Shown: positions 21,695-31,686 of the stretch, one piece after another
How positions within the stretch are numbered: the first letter of the stretch is position 1
How the letters are laid out: every line of letters starts with the position of its first letter
From: Alphaproteobacteria bacterium
GTDB lineage: Bacteria > Pseudomonadota > Alphaproteobacteria > GCA-2731375
Direction: 5' to 3'
Assembly: GCA_965225945.1 (NCBI GenBank)
Contig: CBDDBZ010000039.1
Location: 1 to 64,000 of the forward strand
DNA: 64,000 bases
Translations under genes and position numbers: made by a program
Notes under the pieces: generated by a model
Database searches by the model: none
Told to the model about the DNA's origin: nothing
What the model saw: only the letters and a program-made list of their open reading frames with translations

Positions 21695-22675
21695 CTAGAC
21701 CACCCGGCGTTCGAGTTTTTCGGCCATGTGCGCGCCGGCCAGGATCGGCGGGTATTTCGGCGCCGCGCCGGGCGCCAGGCAGCTCGGCAGGCAGGCGATC
21801 ACGGCGTCGTAGTTGGGATGCAGGAAGAAACCCATGGATTGCCGCCGCGCACTTGCCTCGACCGCCTCCGGCGGGTTTACCACGCGATGCATCGTCGATC
21901 GCCAGCGCTCGTTGGTCCAGCGCGCCATCATGTCGCCGAGATTGACCACCAGGGCTCCCGGGGTCGGGCGGACGTCGCGCCAGCCGAGGCCGGGCATATC
22001 TATCTGAAGACCGCTCGCGGCACCGTCGATCGCCAGGATTGTCAGGCTGCCGAAGTCGGTGTGGGTGCCGGCGCGGATCTGTTCCGCCTCCCGATTGGCC
22101 GGCGGTGGGGGATAGTGGTTGGAGGGCAGCGTGCTGAAATGCCGGTCGATCTTGTCGTCGAAATAGCTCTCGTCCAGATCGAGGGCGAGGGCGAAGATCC
22201 GCATCAGGGCGAAGGCCAGCCCCTCCCATTCCCGGTAGAGCCGGCTGAAGACGGGCCTATATTCGGCGGGCGTCGCCGGCCAGACGTTGGCGCCGTAGAA
22301 GCGCGCCGCCCCCTCGATATGGGCGAAGCGTTCCGGCTCGCCGTCCAGCGGGCCGATGAAGAACTGCTCGCGCAGGTCCGCCGCCGCGTCCAGGCCGAGG
22401 GTGCGCGCCAAGCTCTTCGTGGCGAAGCCGGTATAGCCGCGCGGCACCGAGGGGTCGGCCGGGGCGTAGCGCCGTTTCTCCTCGACCGGCCGGTCGAAGA
22501 AGGCGCGGGAGACGGCGAAGGCGTCCTGGATCGCCGCCTCCGAGACGCCGTGGTTGGCGATGACGAGGAAGCCGATGTGCTCGCAGGCTTCGCCCACGGC
22601 GCGGGCGACCTCCCGCTTTCCGGCCTCCGTGGCGGCGAAATAAGGGGCGAGGTCGATGACGGGGACATCGGTCAT
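21695..22675 (-). CDS. Isopenicillin N synthase-like 2OG-Fe(II) oxygenase
   Basis: VPVIDL, GFLVIANHGV, HTDFGSLT, GDMMARWTN, HRV, RQS. Confidence 0.92.
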   Translation of the reverse strand: MTDVPVIDLAPYFAATEAGKREVARAVGEACEHIGFLVIANHGVSEAAIQDAFAVSRAFFDRPVEEKRRYAPADPSVPRGYTGFATKSLARTLGLDAAADLREQFFIGPLDGEPERFAHIEGAARFYGANVWPATPAEYRPVFSRLYREWEGLAFALMRIFALALDLDESYFDDKIDRHFSTLPSNHYPPPPANREAEQIRAGTHTDFGSLTILAIDGAASGLQIDMPGLGWRDVRPTPGALVVNLGDMMARWTNERWRSTMHRVVNPPEAVEASARRQSMGFFLHPNYDAVIACLPSCLAPGAAPKYPPILAGAHMAEKLERRVV

Positions 22676-22706
22676 GTTGGTGATCCCGTTCCTATTCCCG
22701 ATCAAC

Positions 22707-23717
22707 TCAATAGCGATCGTAGATCGCCTGCAGTGCCTCCGACTCCCGCGTATGGCCCAGCGCCAGCATCGCCAGCACCCGGGCCTTCTGCGGGTTCAAG
22801 TTGTCGGCGGCGACGATCCCGTCGCGCTTCATCGAACTCCGCCGGAGCACCCGGCCGCTGCCGACGCGGCTCGAATAGATGATCACCACGCCGGCCTCTC
22901 GTGCGCGGGCCAACGCGTCCATCTGCGTCGTCGCCGGCATGCCCGGCGCCAGCGAGGCGACGATGATCGCCCTCGCGCCGGCCTCGACGAAGGCGTCGAT
23001 GGCCACGCCGTCGGCGCCACCGTAACTATAGGCGATATCGACCCGAGGCAGCGCCTCGATATTCGAGACGTCGAACGGCGTCTCGTGCGTGTGCGCACGC
23101 ACGGGCTTCCGATAGAACACCACGCGGCCGTCGGCGTCGGCGTAACCGAGCATGCCGAGATCGGGGCTGCGGAAGGTCTCCAGCCGGAAGGTCGAGGTCT
23201 TGGAAACCTCGCGGGCGGCCTGGATCTCGTCGTTCAGCAGCACCAGGACGCCCATGCCGCGCGCCTCGGCGCTTCCCGCCACGCGGACGCCGCCCAGCAG
23301 ATTGGTGCCCGCGTCGGTGCCGAGCGCCGTGCTCGGCCGCTGCGCGCCGACCAGCACCACCGGCAGGTCGACCTTCAGGGTCAGATGGAGGAAATAGGCC
23401 GTCTCCTCCAGCGTCGCCGTGCCGTGGGTGACGACGATGCCGTCCGGCGGCACCGGCCGAGCGGCCACCTTCTGGATTCGGCGGGCCAAGCCGAGCCAGT
23501 CCTCGGGCGTGACGCCGGAGCTCGAAAGCTGGGCCTGGTCCACCAGGTCGAGTTCCGCCGCCGCCTCGACCTCGGGGAAGCGGGCCAAGATTTCCGCCAC
23601 CGTCTGGCGCTGGCCGAACTCCATGTACTCGTAAACGTCCAGGCTGTCGCGCCCGGCGAAGGAGATCGTGCCACCGGTACCGATGATGGCGATGCGAGGC
23701 CGCGTCTTGGTGGTCAT
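22707..23717 (-). CDS. Asparaginase/glutaminase family protein
   Basis: IGTGGTI, VVTHGTATLEETAY, GAQRP, LNPQKAR. Confidence 0.92.
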   Translation of the reverse strand: MTTKTRPRIAIIGTGGTISFAGRDSLDVYEYMEFGQRQTVAEILARFPEVEAAAELDLVDQAQLSSSGVTPEDWLGLARRIQKVAARPVPPDGIVVTHGTATLEETAYFLHLTLKVDLPVVLVGAQRPSTALGTDAGTNLLGGVRVAGSAEARGMGVLVLLNDEIQAAREVSKTSTFRLETFRSPDLGMLGYADADGRVVFYRKPVRAHTHETPFDVSNIEALPRVDIAYSYGGADGVAIDAFVEAGARAIIVASLAPGMPATTQMDALARAREAGVVIIYSSRVGSGRVLRRSSMKRDGIVAADNLNPQKARVLAMLALGHTRESEALQAIYDRY

Positions 23718-23727
23718 GAGCGCCTCC

Positions 23728-25332
23728 TCAATCGAACACCGTCTCTCTGTAATGGTCGCCGTCGACCACCGCCTCGATCACCGTCGGCCCGTCGGCGGCC
23801 AGCGCCCGTTCCAGCGCGGCGGCCAGCGCCGGGCCGTCGCGGACCCCGGTGGCCGGCGCGCCGAAATAATGCGCCGGCGGCTCGCCGTAGGCCTCCTCCC
23901 GCAGGCCCGAGCCGTAGAGACCATATTGCCTTTGGGCCTGCTTGATCTGGATCAGGCTGAGCCAGGAATCGTCCAGCACCACGACCGGGAGCGCAAGCCC
24001 CAGCCGCTCGGCCGTCGCCATTTCGCCGCAGGTCATCTGGAAGCAGCCATCGCCCAGCACGCAGACGACGGGGCGTTCGGGCTCGGCGAGCTTGGCGGCG
24101 ATCGCCGCCGGCAGGCCGAAGCCCATCGACGACCAGCCGTTGGTGATGAGGAATCGACCGGGCGCCGGCGCCGCCCACTGGCTGGCGATCTGATGGGTGT
24201 GCGCGCCGACGTCGAAGGCGAGGATGCCGTCGCCCGGCAACACCCGGCGGACCACGTCGATCGCCTCGTGCGGCGTGAAGTTCGCGCTCTGGGGGCGGAG
24301 CGAGGCCCCGAAGGCTCGGCGATGGGCATCGAGCGACGCTGCCTCGAAACCCGGGCCTGCCGCCGGCAACCGCAGCAGCGCCTTCAGTCCGGCGGCGAGA
24401 TCGCCGGTCACCTCGCCCGCTATCCTGACCGAGGGCGCGACGTCCACCGGCTCGATATCGACCTGGAGCAGCGGCACCTCGCCCAGCCAGGCCTCGTACT
24501 CCACCTCCACCGTGTCGTAACCGAGGCCCACCATCAGATCGGCGCCGGCGACGAAGCGCCGCTGCAGCTGGCGCCGGGCCCGCTCGATGCAGCCCAGCGC
24601 GAGGGGATGGTCGTCGTCGATCAGGCCCTTGGCCATGGTGGTGGTGAGGAAGGGCAGGTTGTGATGCTCGACCACGCGACGGAGCAGGCCAGGGTCGGAG
24701 AGGCGCATGGCGTTCGAGCCGATGATCGCGAGCGGCAGGCTCGCGGCGCCCAGGATCTCGCCCGCGCGCGCCACCGCCGCCGCCGCCGGCGCCGCCAGCG
24801 GTGCGATCTCGAGCGCGCGCACCCCCGCGCCCTCCGGCGCCGGCGCCAGGGAGACGTCCTCCGGCAGGTCCAGATGCACCGGGCCTTGAGGCTCGGCGAG
24901 GGCGATTTCCAGTGCCCGGCTCACCGTCTCGGCGACATTGTCGAATCGAAGCGGCAAGCTCGCCTTGGTGATGGGGCGAAACAGCGCGTGATGGTCGATC
25001 AGCATTTGCAGCCTGCGGCCCAACTGGTCGGAATTGAGGTTGCAGGTGATCGCGATCATCGCCGATCGGTCGAGATAGGCACCGCCCACGCCGGTCGCCA
25101 AGTTGGTGGCGCCGGGCCCGAGGGTCGCCAGGCAGAAGCCGGGCCTGCCGGTCTGCCGGGCCATGACGTCGGCGGCGAAGGAGGCCGAGCCCTCGTGCGC
25201 GGTCAGGACGTATTCGATACCACCCGTCCGCATCGCCTCGATCAGCGGCAGCACGTTGCCGCTGGGGATACCGAAGCCATGGCTGACGCCGGCGGCCTGC
25301 AAGATGGAGACGATCAGTTCGGAGTTGTTCAT
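23728..25332 (-). CDS. TPP-binding enzyme, acetolactate synthase-like
   Basis: FGIPSG, HEGSA, LGPGATN, SMGFGLPAA, GDGCFQM. Confidence 0.88.
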   Translation of the reverse strand: MNNSELIVSILQAAGVSHGFGIPSGNVLPLIEAMRTGGIEYVLTAHEGSASFAADVMARQTGRPGFCLATLGPGATNLATGVGGAYLDRSAMIAITCNLNSDQLGRRLQMLIDHHALFRPITKASLPLRFDNVAETVSRALEIALAEPQGPVHLDLPEDVSLAPAPEGAGVRALEIAPLAAPAAAAVARAGEILGAASLPLAIIGSNAMRLSDPGLLRRVVEHHNLPFLTTTMAKGLIDDDHPLALGCIERARRQLQRRFVAGADLMVGLGYDTVEVEYEAWLGEVPLLQVDIEPVDVAPSVRIAGEVTGDLAAGLKALLRLPAAGPGFEAASLDAHRRAFGASLRPQSANFTPHEAIDVVRRVLPGDGILAFDVGAHTHQIASQWAAPAPGRFLITNGWSSMGFGLPAAIAAKLAEPERPVVCVLGDGCFQMTCGEMATAERLGLALPVVVLDDSWLSLIQIKQAQRQYGLYGSGLREEAYGEPPAHYFGAPATGVRDGPALAAALERALAADGPTVIEAVVDGDHYRETVFD

Positions 25333-25445
25333 GGCGTCTCCGTTCCCCGGCGAGCGGCGAGCCCAACATGGGCGGCGCGCGAGCCCTCTGCTACTCTCCG
25401 CCGCGACACCATGCAACTACCGAAGCGAGCGAGGGGAAGAACGAA

Positions 25446-26222
25446 ATGAGAGAAAGCAGAACCGTCGTCGTCACCGGCGGCGCCAGCGGCATCGGCCGGG
25501 CCACGGCGCGACGCTTCGGCCAGGCCGGCGACGAGGTGGTCGTCGCCGACATTAATTCCGATGCGGGCGCGGGCGTGGTGGCCGAGATCGAGACGGCGGG
25601 CGGCCGCGCCCGCTTCCACGCCGTGGATGTCGCCGAGGAGGCCTCGGTCTCGGGCCTGGCCGAGGCGGCGGCCGACGCGGGCGTCCTGGTGAACTCCGCC
25701 GGCCTGCTGCAGAACATCAGCGAGATCGAGAGCCTCGACATGGACGAGCACGACCGGATCTGGGCGGTCAACTATCGCGGCACCCTGCTCGCGGCGCGCG
25801 CCTTCGCCCGAACCATGTCGGCGCGCGGCGGCGGCAACATCGTCAACATCTCCTCGACCTCGGCCGTCGCCGCCTTCCCGCTCCATTCCTACGGGCCCGG
25901 AAAGGCGGCGATCGATCGGCTGACGGCGATCCTGGCCTCCGACCTCGGAGCCAAGGGCATTCGGGTCAACGCGGTGATGCCGGGCTACGTGTTGACGGAG
26001 CAGATGAAGGCGCGGATCGCGTCAGGCCACCGCGATCCGGTGATGATGGAGCGGCAATCGCCGCTCGGCCGCATGGTGGAACCGGCGGAGATCGCCGACG
26101 CCATCCATTTCCTCTGTTCCGATGCCGCCCGCGCCGTCACCGGGATCAGCCTGCCGGTCGACGCCGGCTGGCTCGCCCACGTCACCTACCGCCAGCACCC
26201 GGGCTTCGCGGGGACGAACTAA
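25446..26222 (+). CDS. Short-chain dehydrogenase/reductase
   Basis: TGGASGIG, NSAG, YGPGK, GIRVNAV. Confidence 0.9.
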   Translation: MRESRTVVVTGGASGIGRATARRFGQAGDEVVVADINSDAGAGVVAEIETAGGRARFHAVDVAEEASVSGLAEAAADAGVLVNSAGLLQNISEIESLDMDEHDRIWAVNYRGTLLAARAFARTMSARGGGNIVNISSTSAVAAFPLHSYGPGKAAIDRLTAILASDLGAKGIRVNAVMPGYVLTEQMKARIASGHRDPVMMERQSPLGRMVEPAEIADAIHFLCSDAARAVTGISLPVDAGWLAHVTYRQHPGFAGTN

Positions 26223-26235
26223 ACTCGGCCGCGCC

Positions 26236-28353
26236 CTACTCCGCCGCCGCCTGGAGACCGAGCGCCTGGCGAAGCGCGGCGTCGAGCGGGCGGGCCTGGC
26301 CGATCGGCGCCAACACCCTGGGCGGGGTCAGCGCCAGCTTCATCGGCGAGCCGAGCGCCGGCCACTCCCGACCCTCGGCGTCTCGCGCGATCGGAATGAG
26401 CTCTCGGCTCCCCGTCAAGGGATGTTCCGCCGCCTCGGCTATGCCGACGATCGCCGCCGCCCGGTGGCCGGCGGCGCGGAGCGCGGCCACCGCTTCGCCG
26501 CGCGCCAGGGCGCCGACGTCGTCGAGCGGTCGGTCAACTTCGACATAGACATGGCCGCCGGCGCATTCGAGGACGCGGCGCTTCGGTGCCTGCGCGTCGC
26601 CCGCGTTCCAGGCCGTCCGCGTCATCCACAGCGCGACGTCCTGCATGGCGATGTCGACCGTCTGGCCCCGGCCGGTGATCTCGCGCTGCTCCAGCGCCGC
26701 CAGCAAGGCCACGAGGCCGAGCTGACCGCCGGCGATGTCGCCCATCGAGACGCCCGACTTGAGCGGCGTCTCGCCGTCCCGCGTCAGGTCCATGAAGCCG
26801 GACATTGACTGCACGATGGTGTCGACCGCGGGGCGGCCCGGATAGGCGGAATCGGCGCCGAAGCCGGTGATCGCGCAATAGATCAGGCGCGGGTTGATCC
26901 GCGCCAGCGCGGCGGCATCGAAGCCGAGCTTGGCCAGTGCCCCCGGCTTCAGGTTCTCCAGCAGGATGTCGGCGCCGGCCAGCAGCAGGCGGAAGTCGTC
27001 GGCGCCGGTCTCGCTGCCAATGTCCAGCGCCAGCGCCGTCTTGCCGCTGTTGGAGAAGGCGAAATAGTAGCTGAGCCCGTCCTGATGCGGCGCCCAGGTC
27101 CGCCCCGGATCACCCTCCGTCGGCTCGATCTTCAAGACCTCGGCGCCGAGCGCGGCGAGGTGGCGGCCGGCCAGAGGTGCCGTTGTGTACTGGCCGATCT
27201 CCAGGACCCGAAGGCCGGCGAGCGGCAGCTCCGGCCTCGCCGCTGCCGCCTCGGGCCGGAGCGAGGCCGGTCGTTCGAGAAGCGAGCGGACATGGTCCCG
27301 CGCCTCGTCGGGCGCGGGGATGGCCTCGGCGGGCCGGGGCGCCCAGCCGCTCGCCCGCAATATTGGGCCCGGCACCCGGACCTCGGCGCCCGAGACCGGA
27401 TCGTCGAGCCGGCGCACCATTTCGCGGTGGCGGATGTTCGCTTCGGCCTCGAATTTGGCCATGGTGACGATCGGGCCGCCGGGGATACTCGCCGCCTCCA
27501 GCACCGCCAAACACTCGGCGATGGTGAGCCCGCCGGTCCATTCGCCGACCAGCGCGTCCAGCCGCTCCCGGTTGGCGACTCGCGCCGGCACGCTCTCGAG
27601 ACCGGCGGCCTCGACCAGTTCGGGCGCCCCCATCGCCGGGCAGAGGCGGCGCCATTGTGCTTCGGAGGGACAACACAAGAGGATCCAGCCGTCGGCGCAG
27701 GCGTAGGCGTTCCAGGGCGCGGTCAGCGAATGGGCGTTGCCGATGCGCCCGACCTCCTGGCCGCCGAAATAGGCCGGCAGGAAGGTCGGAAGCGCGTTGA
27801 TGGCGACGTCGAAGAGGGCGATCTCGATTGCCTGCGCCGGACCGCCCCGGCGCCGGACCCGGAGCGCCGAAAGGATCGCGGCGACGCCATAGAGCCCGGC
27901 CGAGAACTCCAGCGCCGGCGCGCCGATCGGCACCGGCGGCCCCTCGGCGAGCCCCGTCGTCTCCATGATCCCGGTCATCGCCTGGATCTCGCCGTCGCTC
28001 GCGCCCTCGCCGCCGGCGCCGAAGGCGGTGAAATCGCAATGGATCGCGCCCCCGTCGCCAGCGGGCGTCTCGGCCAGCGGGCCGCCGTCGTCGCTGGAGG
28101 CGAGGATCACGTCGGCGCGGTTCACCAGCGCCCCCAGCAGTTCCCGGTCCCCGGCGTTCCTGGTGTCGACCCCGAGGCTGCGCTTGCCGGCGGCGAAGCT
28201 CGCCCGGTGGCGCCACTTGTGCCCGCTGGCGCCGGGCGGCTCCACCAGCACCACCTCGGCGCCGAGTTCCGCCAGCAGCGCGCCCGCCGCACTGACACCG
28301 ATCCGCGCGCCGATCTCGGCGACCAGCAGGTCCTCCAGCGGTCGTCTGGTCAT
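26236..28353 (-). CDS. CaiB/BaiF family CoA-transferase, tandem two-domain form
   Basis: Two CoA-transferase III repeats (LAELGAEVVLVEPP; LAALGAEVLKIEP, NPRLIYCAITGFG). Confidence 0.88.
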   Translation of the reverse strand: MTRRPLEDLLVAEIGARIGVSAAGALLAELGAEVVLVEPPGASGHKWRHRASFAAGKRSLGVDTRNAGDRELLGALVNRADVILASSDDGGPLAETPAGDGGAIHCDFTAFGAGGEGASDGEIQAMTGIMETTGLAEGPPVPIGAPALEFSAGLYGVAAILSALRVRRRGGPAQAIEIALFDVAINALPTFLPAYFGGQEVGRIGNAHSLTAPWNAYACADGWILLCCPSEAQWRRLCPAMGAPELVEAAGLESVPARVANRERLDALVGEWTGGLTIAECLAVLEAASIPGGPIVTMAKFEAEANIRHREMVRRLDDPVSGAEVRVPGPILRASGWAPRPAEAIPAPDEARDHVRSLLERPASLRPEAAAARPELPLAGLRVLEIGQYTTAPLAGRHLAALGAEVLKIEPTEGDPGRTWAPHQDGLSYYFAFSNSGKTALALDIGSETGADDFRLLLAGADILLENLKPGALAKLGFDAAALARINPRLIYCAITGFGADSAYPGRPAVDTIVQSMSGFMDLTRDGETPLKSGVSMGDIAGGQLGLVALLAALEQREITGRGQTVDIAMQDVALWMTRTAWNAGDAQAPKRRVLECAGGHVYVEVDRPLDDVGALARGEAVAALRAAGHRAAAIVGIAEAAEHPLTGSRELIPIARDAEGREWPALGSPMKLALTPPRVLAPIGQARPLDAALRQALGLQAAAE

Positions 28354-28363
28354 CTCCCCATCC

Positions 28364-29515
28364 TCAACGAAAGGCGCCGATGCCGGTCAGCTCGCGGCCC
28401 TGGATCAGGGTCAGGATCTCGTTCGTTCCGTCCGGCACCGCCAGCATGCGGACGTCGCGCCAGAGCCGCTCCAGCCCGCTCTCGCGGCCGATCCCCATGG
28501 CGCCGTGGACGTGCATGGCCAACGAGACCGCCTGTTCGCAGGCCGTGGTGGCGTGCCGCTTGGCCATCGCCGAGACGCCGTTCGCCCGCTCTCCCCGATC
28601 CACCGTGTCGAGCGCCAGGTAGCAGAGCAGGCGGCTGGTGGTGACCGCCGTCTCGATGTCGGCCAGGTTCTTCTGCACCAATTGGTGGCCGGCGATCGGC
28701 TTGCCGAACTGCTGGCGGACGCCGGCATAATCGACCGCCGCCTCGAAGGCGCGTTGGCCCAAGCCGACCGCGGCGAGGCCGACCAAGGGCCGGTTGACGT
28801 TCCAGGTGAGCGTCAGGAGGCGGGCCGCGTCGCCGGCCTCGCCAAGGGCGTTCTCCGCCGGGACCCGGCACGATTCGAACAGCCATTCGCCGAGATGGCC
28901 CTGGTTCAGCCCCAGCACCGGGATCTCGCGGGCCTCGAAGGCTGAGACGGCACGTTCGACGACGACGCGGCGCAGCCGCCCCTTGGCCTCGCCCTCGGTC
29001 TCGACGCAGGTGACGTTGGCAAAATCGGCGATCGAGGCGTTGGTGATCCAGGACTTGGCGCCGTCGATCACCAACGCGTCACCGTCCCGGCGGACCCGGG
29101 TCTTGACCTCGCGGGGATTGGAGCCGACGTCCGGCTCGGTGGTCCCGGTGGCGCAGAACTTGCGCCCGGCGAGGAGGTCGGGGAGGAAACGCTCGCGCTG
29201 TTCCGGGGTGCTCTCGAGATTGAGCCGGGTGATGGTCACCTCGTGGCCCATCAGCGATATGGCGATAGTGGGCGGCAACTGCTCGAACATGATGCCGTAG
29301 TCGAGCATCGAGAGCCCAGCCCCGCCGTCGGCCTCCGGCACCCGGGGCGCCATCAGGCCGTGGCGCGCCAGCAGCCCGTATATCTCCAACATCGCGGCCC
29401 GGGGAAGGGGGCGATCGGGATCGTGGGCGTCGAGGATCGGGCGGATGTCGCGCGCGGTCATGCGGCGGGTGGAGTCCCGCATCATGACCTGCTCGCTGGA
29501 AAGCTCGAATTTCAT
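28364..29515 (-). CDS. Acyl-CoA dehydrogenase family protein
   Basis: TEPDVGSN, GAKSWITN, RQQFGKPI, HVHGAMG, DGTNEI. Confidence 0.92.
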   Translation of the reverse strand: MKFELSSEQVMMRDSTRRMTARDIRPILDAHDPDRPLPRAAMLEIYGLLARHGLMAPRVPEADGGAGLSMLDYGIMFEQLPPTIAISLMGHEVTITRLNLESTPEQRERFLPDLLAGRKFCATGTTEPDVGSNPREVKTRVRRDGDALVIDGAKSWITNASIADFANVTCVETEGEAKGRLRRVVVERAVSAFEAREIPVLGLNQGHLGEWLFESCRVPAENALGEAGDAARLLTLTWNVNRPLVGLAAVGLGQRAFEAAVDYAGVRQQFGKPIAGHQLVQKNLADIETAVTTSRLLCYLALDTVDRGERANGVSAMAKRHATTACEQAVSLAMHVHGAMGIGRESGLERLWRDVRMLAVPDGTNEILTLIQGRELTGIGAFR

Positions 29516-29526
29516 CTCTCGCTCCC

Positions 29527-29991
29527 TCAGAGCCAGCGGCGGACCCGGGCCTTGTAGTCGAGATAGGCCGCGCCGAATTTCACCTCCAGAAAGCTCTCCT
29601 CGCGGGTAATGACCAGGCGGTCGACCAGCAGCGCGGCCGGCACCGCCGTCGCCAGCACCCAGAGACTGTCGGCCATCGTCGCGACGCCGGCGACGAAGAG
29701 CGTCATCGAGACGTAGACCGGATTGCGAGAGCGTGCGTAGGGGCCGTCGTCGACGATCGCGGTGGTCGGCCGGCGGTGATCGATGCTGGTCGCGTGGCGC
29801 GCGAGCGCCCACCAGGCGGCGGCGAGCAGCAGCAGGCTCAACGCGACGAGCGGACCGCCGATCCACCAGCGAAGCCCGAGGGGGACGAAAGTCGACGGCC
29901 AGAAATGTTCCAGGCCGAACCCGATGGCCAGCCCGCCCAGGAAAAATAGCGGCGGCCGGATGACCTTCTCGCCGCTTCCCGTCTCGGTCAT
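29527..29991 (-). CDS. Isoprenylcysteine carboxyl methyltransferase (ICMT/PEMT) family membrane protein
   Basis: GPYARSRNPVY, REESFL..KFG..Y..Y...VRRWL. Confidence 0.88.
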   Translation of the reverse strand: MTETGSGEKVIRPPLFFLGGLAIGFGLEHFWPSTFVPLGLRWWIGGPLVALSLLLLAAAWWALARHATSIDHRRPTTAIVDDGPYARSRNPVYVSMTLFVAGVATMADSLWVLATAVPAALLVDRLVITREESFLEVKFGAAYLDYKARVRRWL

Positions 29992-30097
29992 CGCCGCTGC
30001 TCCCCTCCGGGCCAGCCTACGAAATTTACGCCTTTCTCGCGAGGTTCCCGTCGCCGGGCCGCGCGGGGAGCCATACGACGAAGGCACTTGGAACATT

Positions 30098-30739
30098 TCA
30101 AGATTGCTCGAACCCGCCCGACTCCCGGTAGGCGCGCCCGAGTTCGGCGGCAATGCGCCCCACCTCCGCCGCCGGGCGGCCGGGCTTGTAGAGGGTGGAG
30201 CCGATGCCGAAGCCTCGGGCGCCGGCGGCGAGGTAGGGCGTAAAACTTTCCGCGCCGATGCCGCCCACCGGGATCAGCGCCACCTCGCCCGGCAGCACCG
30301 CCCGCCAGGCCTTGACCACGGGCGGCGGCAGGGCCTCGGCGGGGAAGAGCTTCAAGCCATCGGCGCCGGCGCGAAGCGCCGCGAAGGCCTCGCTCGGCGT
30401 CGCCACCCCCGGCACCGCCAGAAGATCACGGCGCTTGGCCTCGGCCACGACGTCCGCGTCGAAGTGCGGCATCACGACGAGGCGCCCGCCGGCCTCGCCC
30501 ACAGCGCGGGCCGAGGCCACGTCCAGCACCGTGCCGGCGCCGATCAACGCCTCGGCCCCGAAACGATCCGCCAGCAGGCGGATGCTGTCGAGCGGATCGG
30601 GCGAGTTGAGCGGCACCTCGATGATGGTGAAGCCGGCCTCGATCAGCGCCGCGCCGACGGCCACCGTGTCCGCCGGCCGGATGCCGCGCAGTATCGCGAT
30701 CAGTGGTAGGCCGGCCAGATGGCGGTCGAGTTCGTTCAT
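30098..30739 (-). CDS. dgoA: 2-dehydro-3-deoxy-6-phosphogalactonate aldolase
   Basis: PLIAILRGI, IEVPLNSP, GAGTVL, LKLFPAE. Confidence 0.92.
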   Translation of the reverse strand: MNELDRHLAGLPLIAILRGIRPADTVAVGAALIEAGFTIIEVPLNSPDPLDSIRLLADRFGAEALIGAGTVLDVASARAVGEAGGRLVVMPHFDADVVAEAKRRDLLAVPGVATPSEAFAALRAGADGLKLFPAEALPPPVVKAWRAVLPGEVALIPVGGIGAESFTPYLAAGARGFGIGSTLYKPGRPAAEVGRIAAELGRAYRESGGFEQS

Positions 30740-31659
30740 CTCTCTTCTCCAATCAGGCAAGCGGCCCGGGCGACGGCGTGGAGGCCCGCTGCCGCCACGT
30801 CTCGGGGGGCGGGGCGGGACGAGACACCGAGGCGATCCAGCGCGATTCCGTAGCGTATCGCCAGCTCGGGCGTGCCGACGGTCAAAACCGGGCCGCCCGC
30901 GTTCATGGCCAGCGCTTCCGCCACCTCCTGGCCGATCAGCAGACCGGAGAGGTAGTCGCTCGTGGCCGTATCGGACATCTGGTCGAACAGCGCCAGCGTC
31001 CGCGCGCTGAACAGACGGTGCAGCAGGCCACCCGCCGGCCCGAGCAACCAGGCGTAATCGAGACCGCGACGGAAGGCGTCGAGGTCGATGATTTTGGCTG
31101 GTGCCATCATCCGTCCGAGAATGCTGTGCTCTGAGAGGACGGCGAAGACCTCCCCGGTCATGAAGGTCGCGAAGCCGAGCACCCGGCCGTCGGCCACGCT
31201 GGCCCATTTGCTGTGGGTGCCGGGCAGCAGCATCAGCCGTGCCTCGGGCGCGCCGGCAACCGCGCCGAGGATCTGGGTCTGCTCCCCGCGCATCACGTCG
31301 GGCACGTCGCCGGGGCCGTCATGGACCAGGCCGGGCACGAAGTGAATCTCGCGCCCCTCGGCGAGCCCGTGGGCCATCAGCCCGAGGGCGATCTCAGCCG
31401 CGCCCGCCGGACAGGGCAGATACGCCGTCTCGACCCATCCCTGTCGGCTGGTGATCATGCCGGAGGCGAGGATCGCGGCGGCGGGATGGTCGCCGAGCCA
31501 GGGCTCGATCTCAGCCAGCAGTGCTGCTTCGAAGGCGCCGCCCTCGATCCTGAGGACGCCGGCCGCGCTCTCCCGGGAATCGAGCACGCCGCCCGCCGCG
31601 TCCAACAGATAGGCGCGGAGCCGAGTCAGCCCCCAGTCGACGGCGATCAGCGCGGCCAT
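30736..31659 (-). CDS. dgoK: 2-dehydro-3-deoxygalactonokinase
   Basis: IAVDWG, GMITSRQGW, DVMRGEQTQ, PGTHSKW, FMTGE, YLSGLLIG. Confidence 0.92.
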   Translation of the reverse strand: MAALIAVDWGLTRLRAYLLDAAGGVLDSRESAAGVLRIEGGAFEAALLAEIEPWLGDHPAAAILASGMITSRQGWVETAYLPCPAGAAEIALGLMAHGLAEGREIHFVPGLVHDGPGDVPDVMRGEQTQILGAVAGAPEARLMLLPGTHSKWASVADGRVLGFATFMTGEVFAVLSEHSILGRMMAPAKIIDLDAFRRGLDYAWLLGPAGGLLHRLFSARTLALFDQMSDTATSDYLSGLLIGQEVAEALAMNAGGPVLTVGTPELAIRYGIALDRLGVSSRPAPRDVAAAGLHAVARAACLIGEER

Positions 31660-31686
31660 GGGCGCACGGCTAGTGGATAGAATCCA

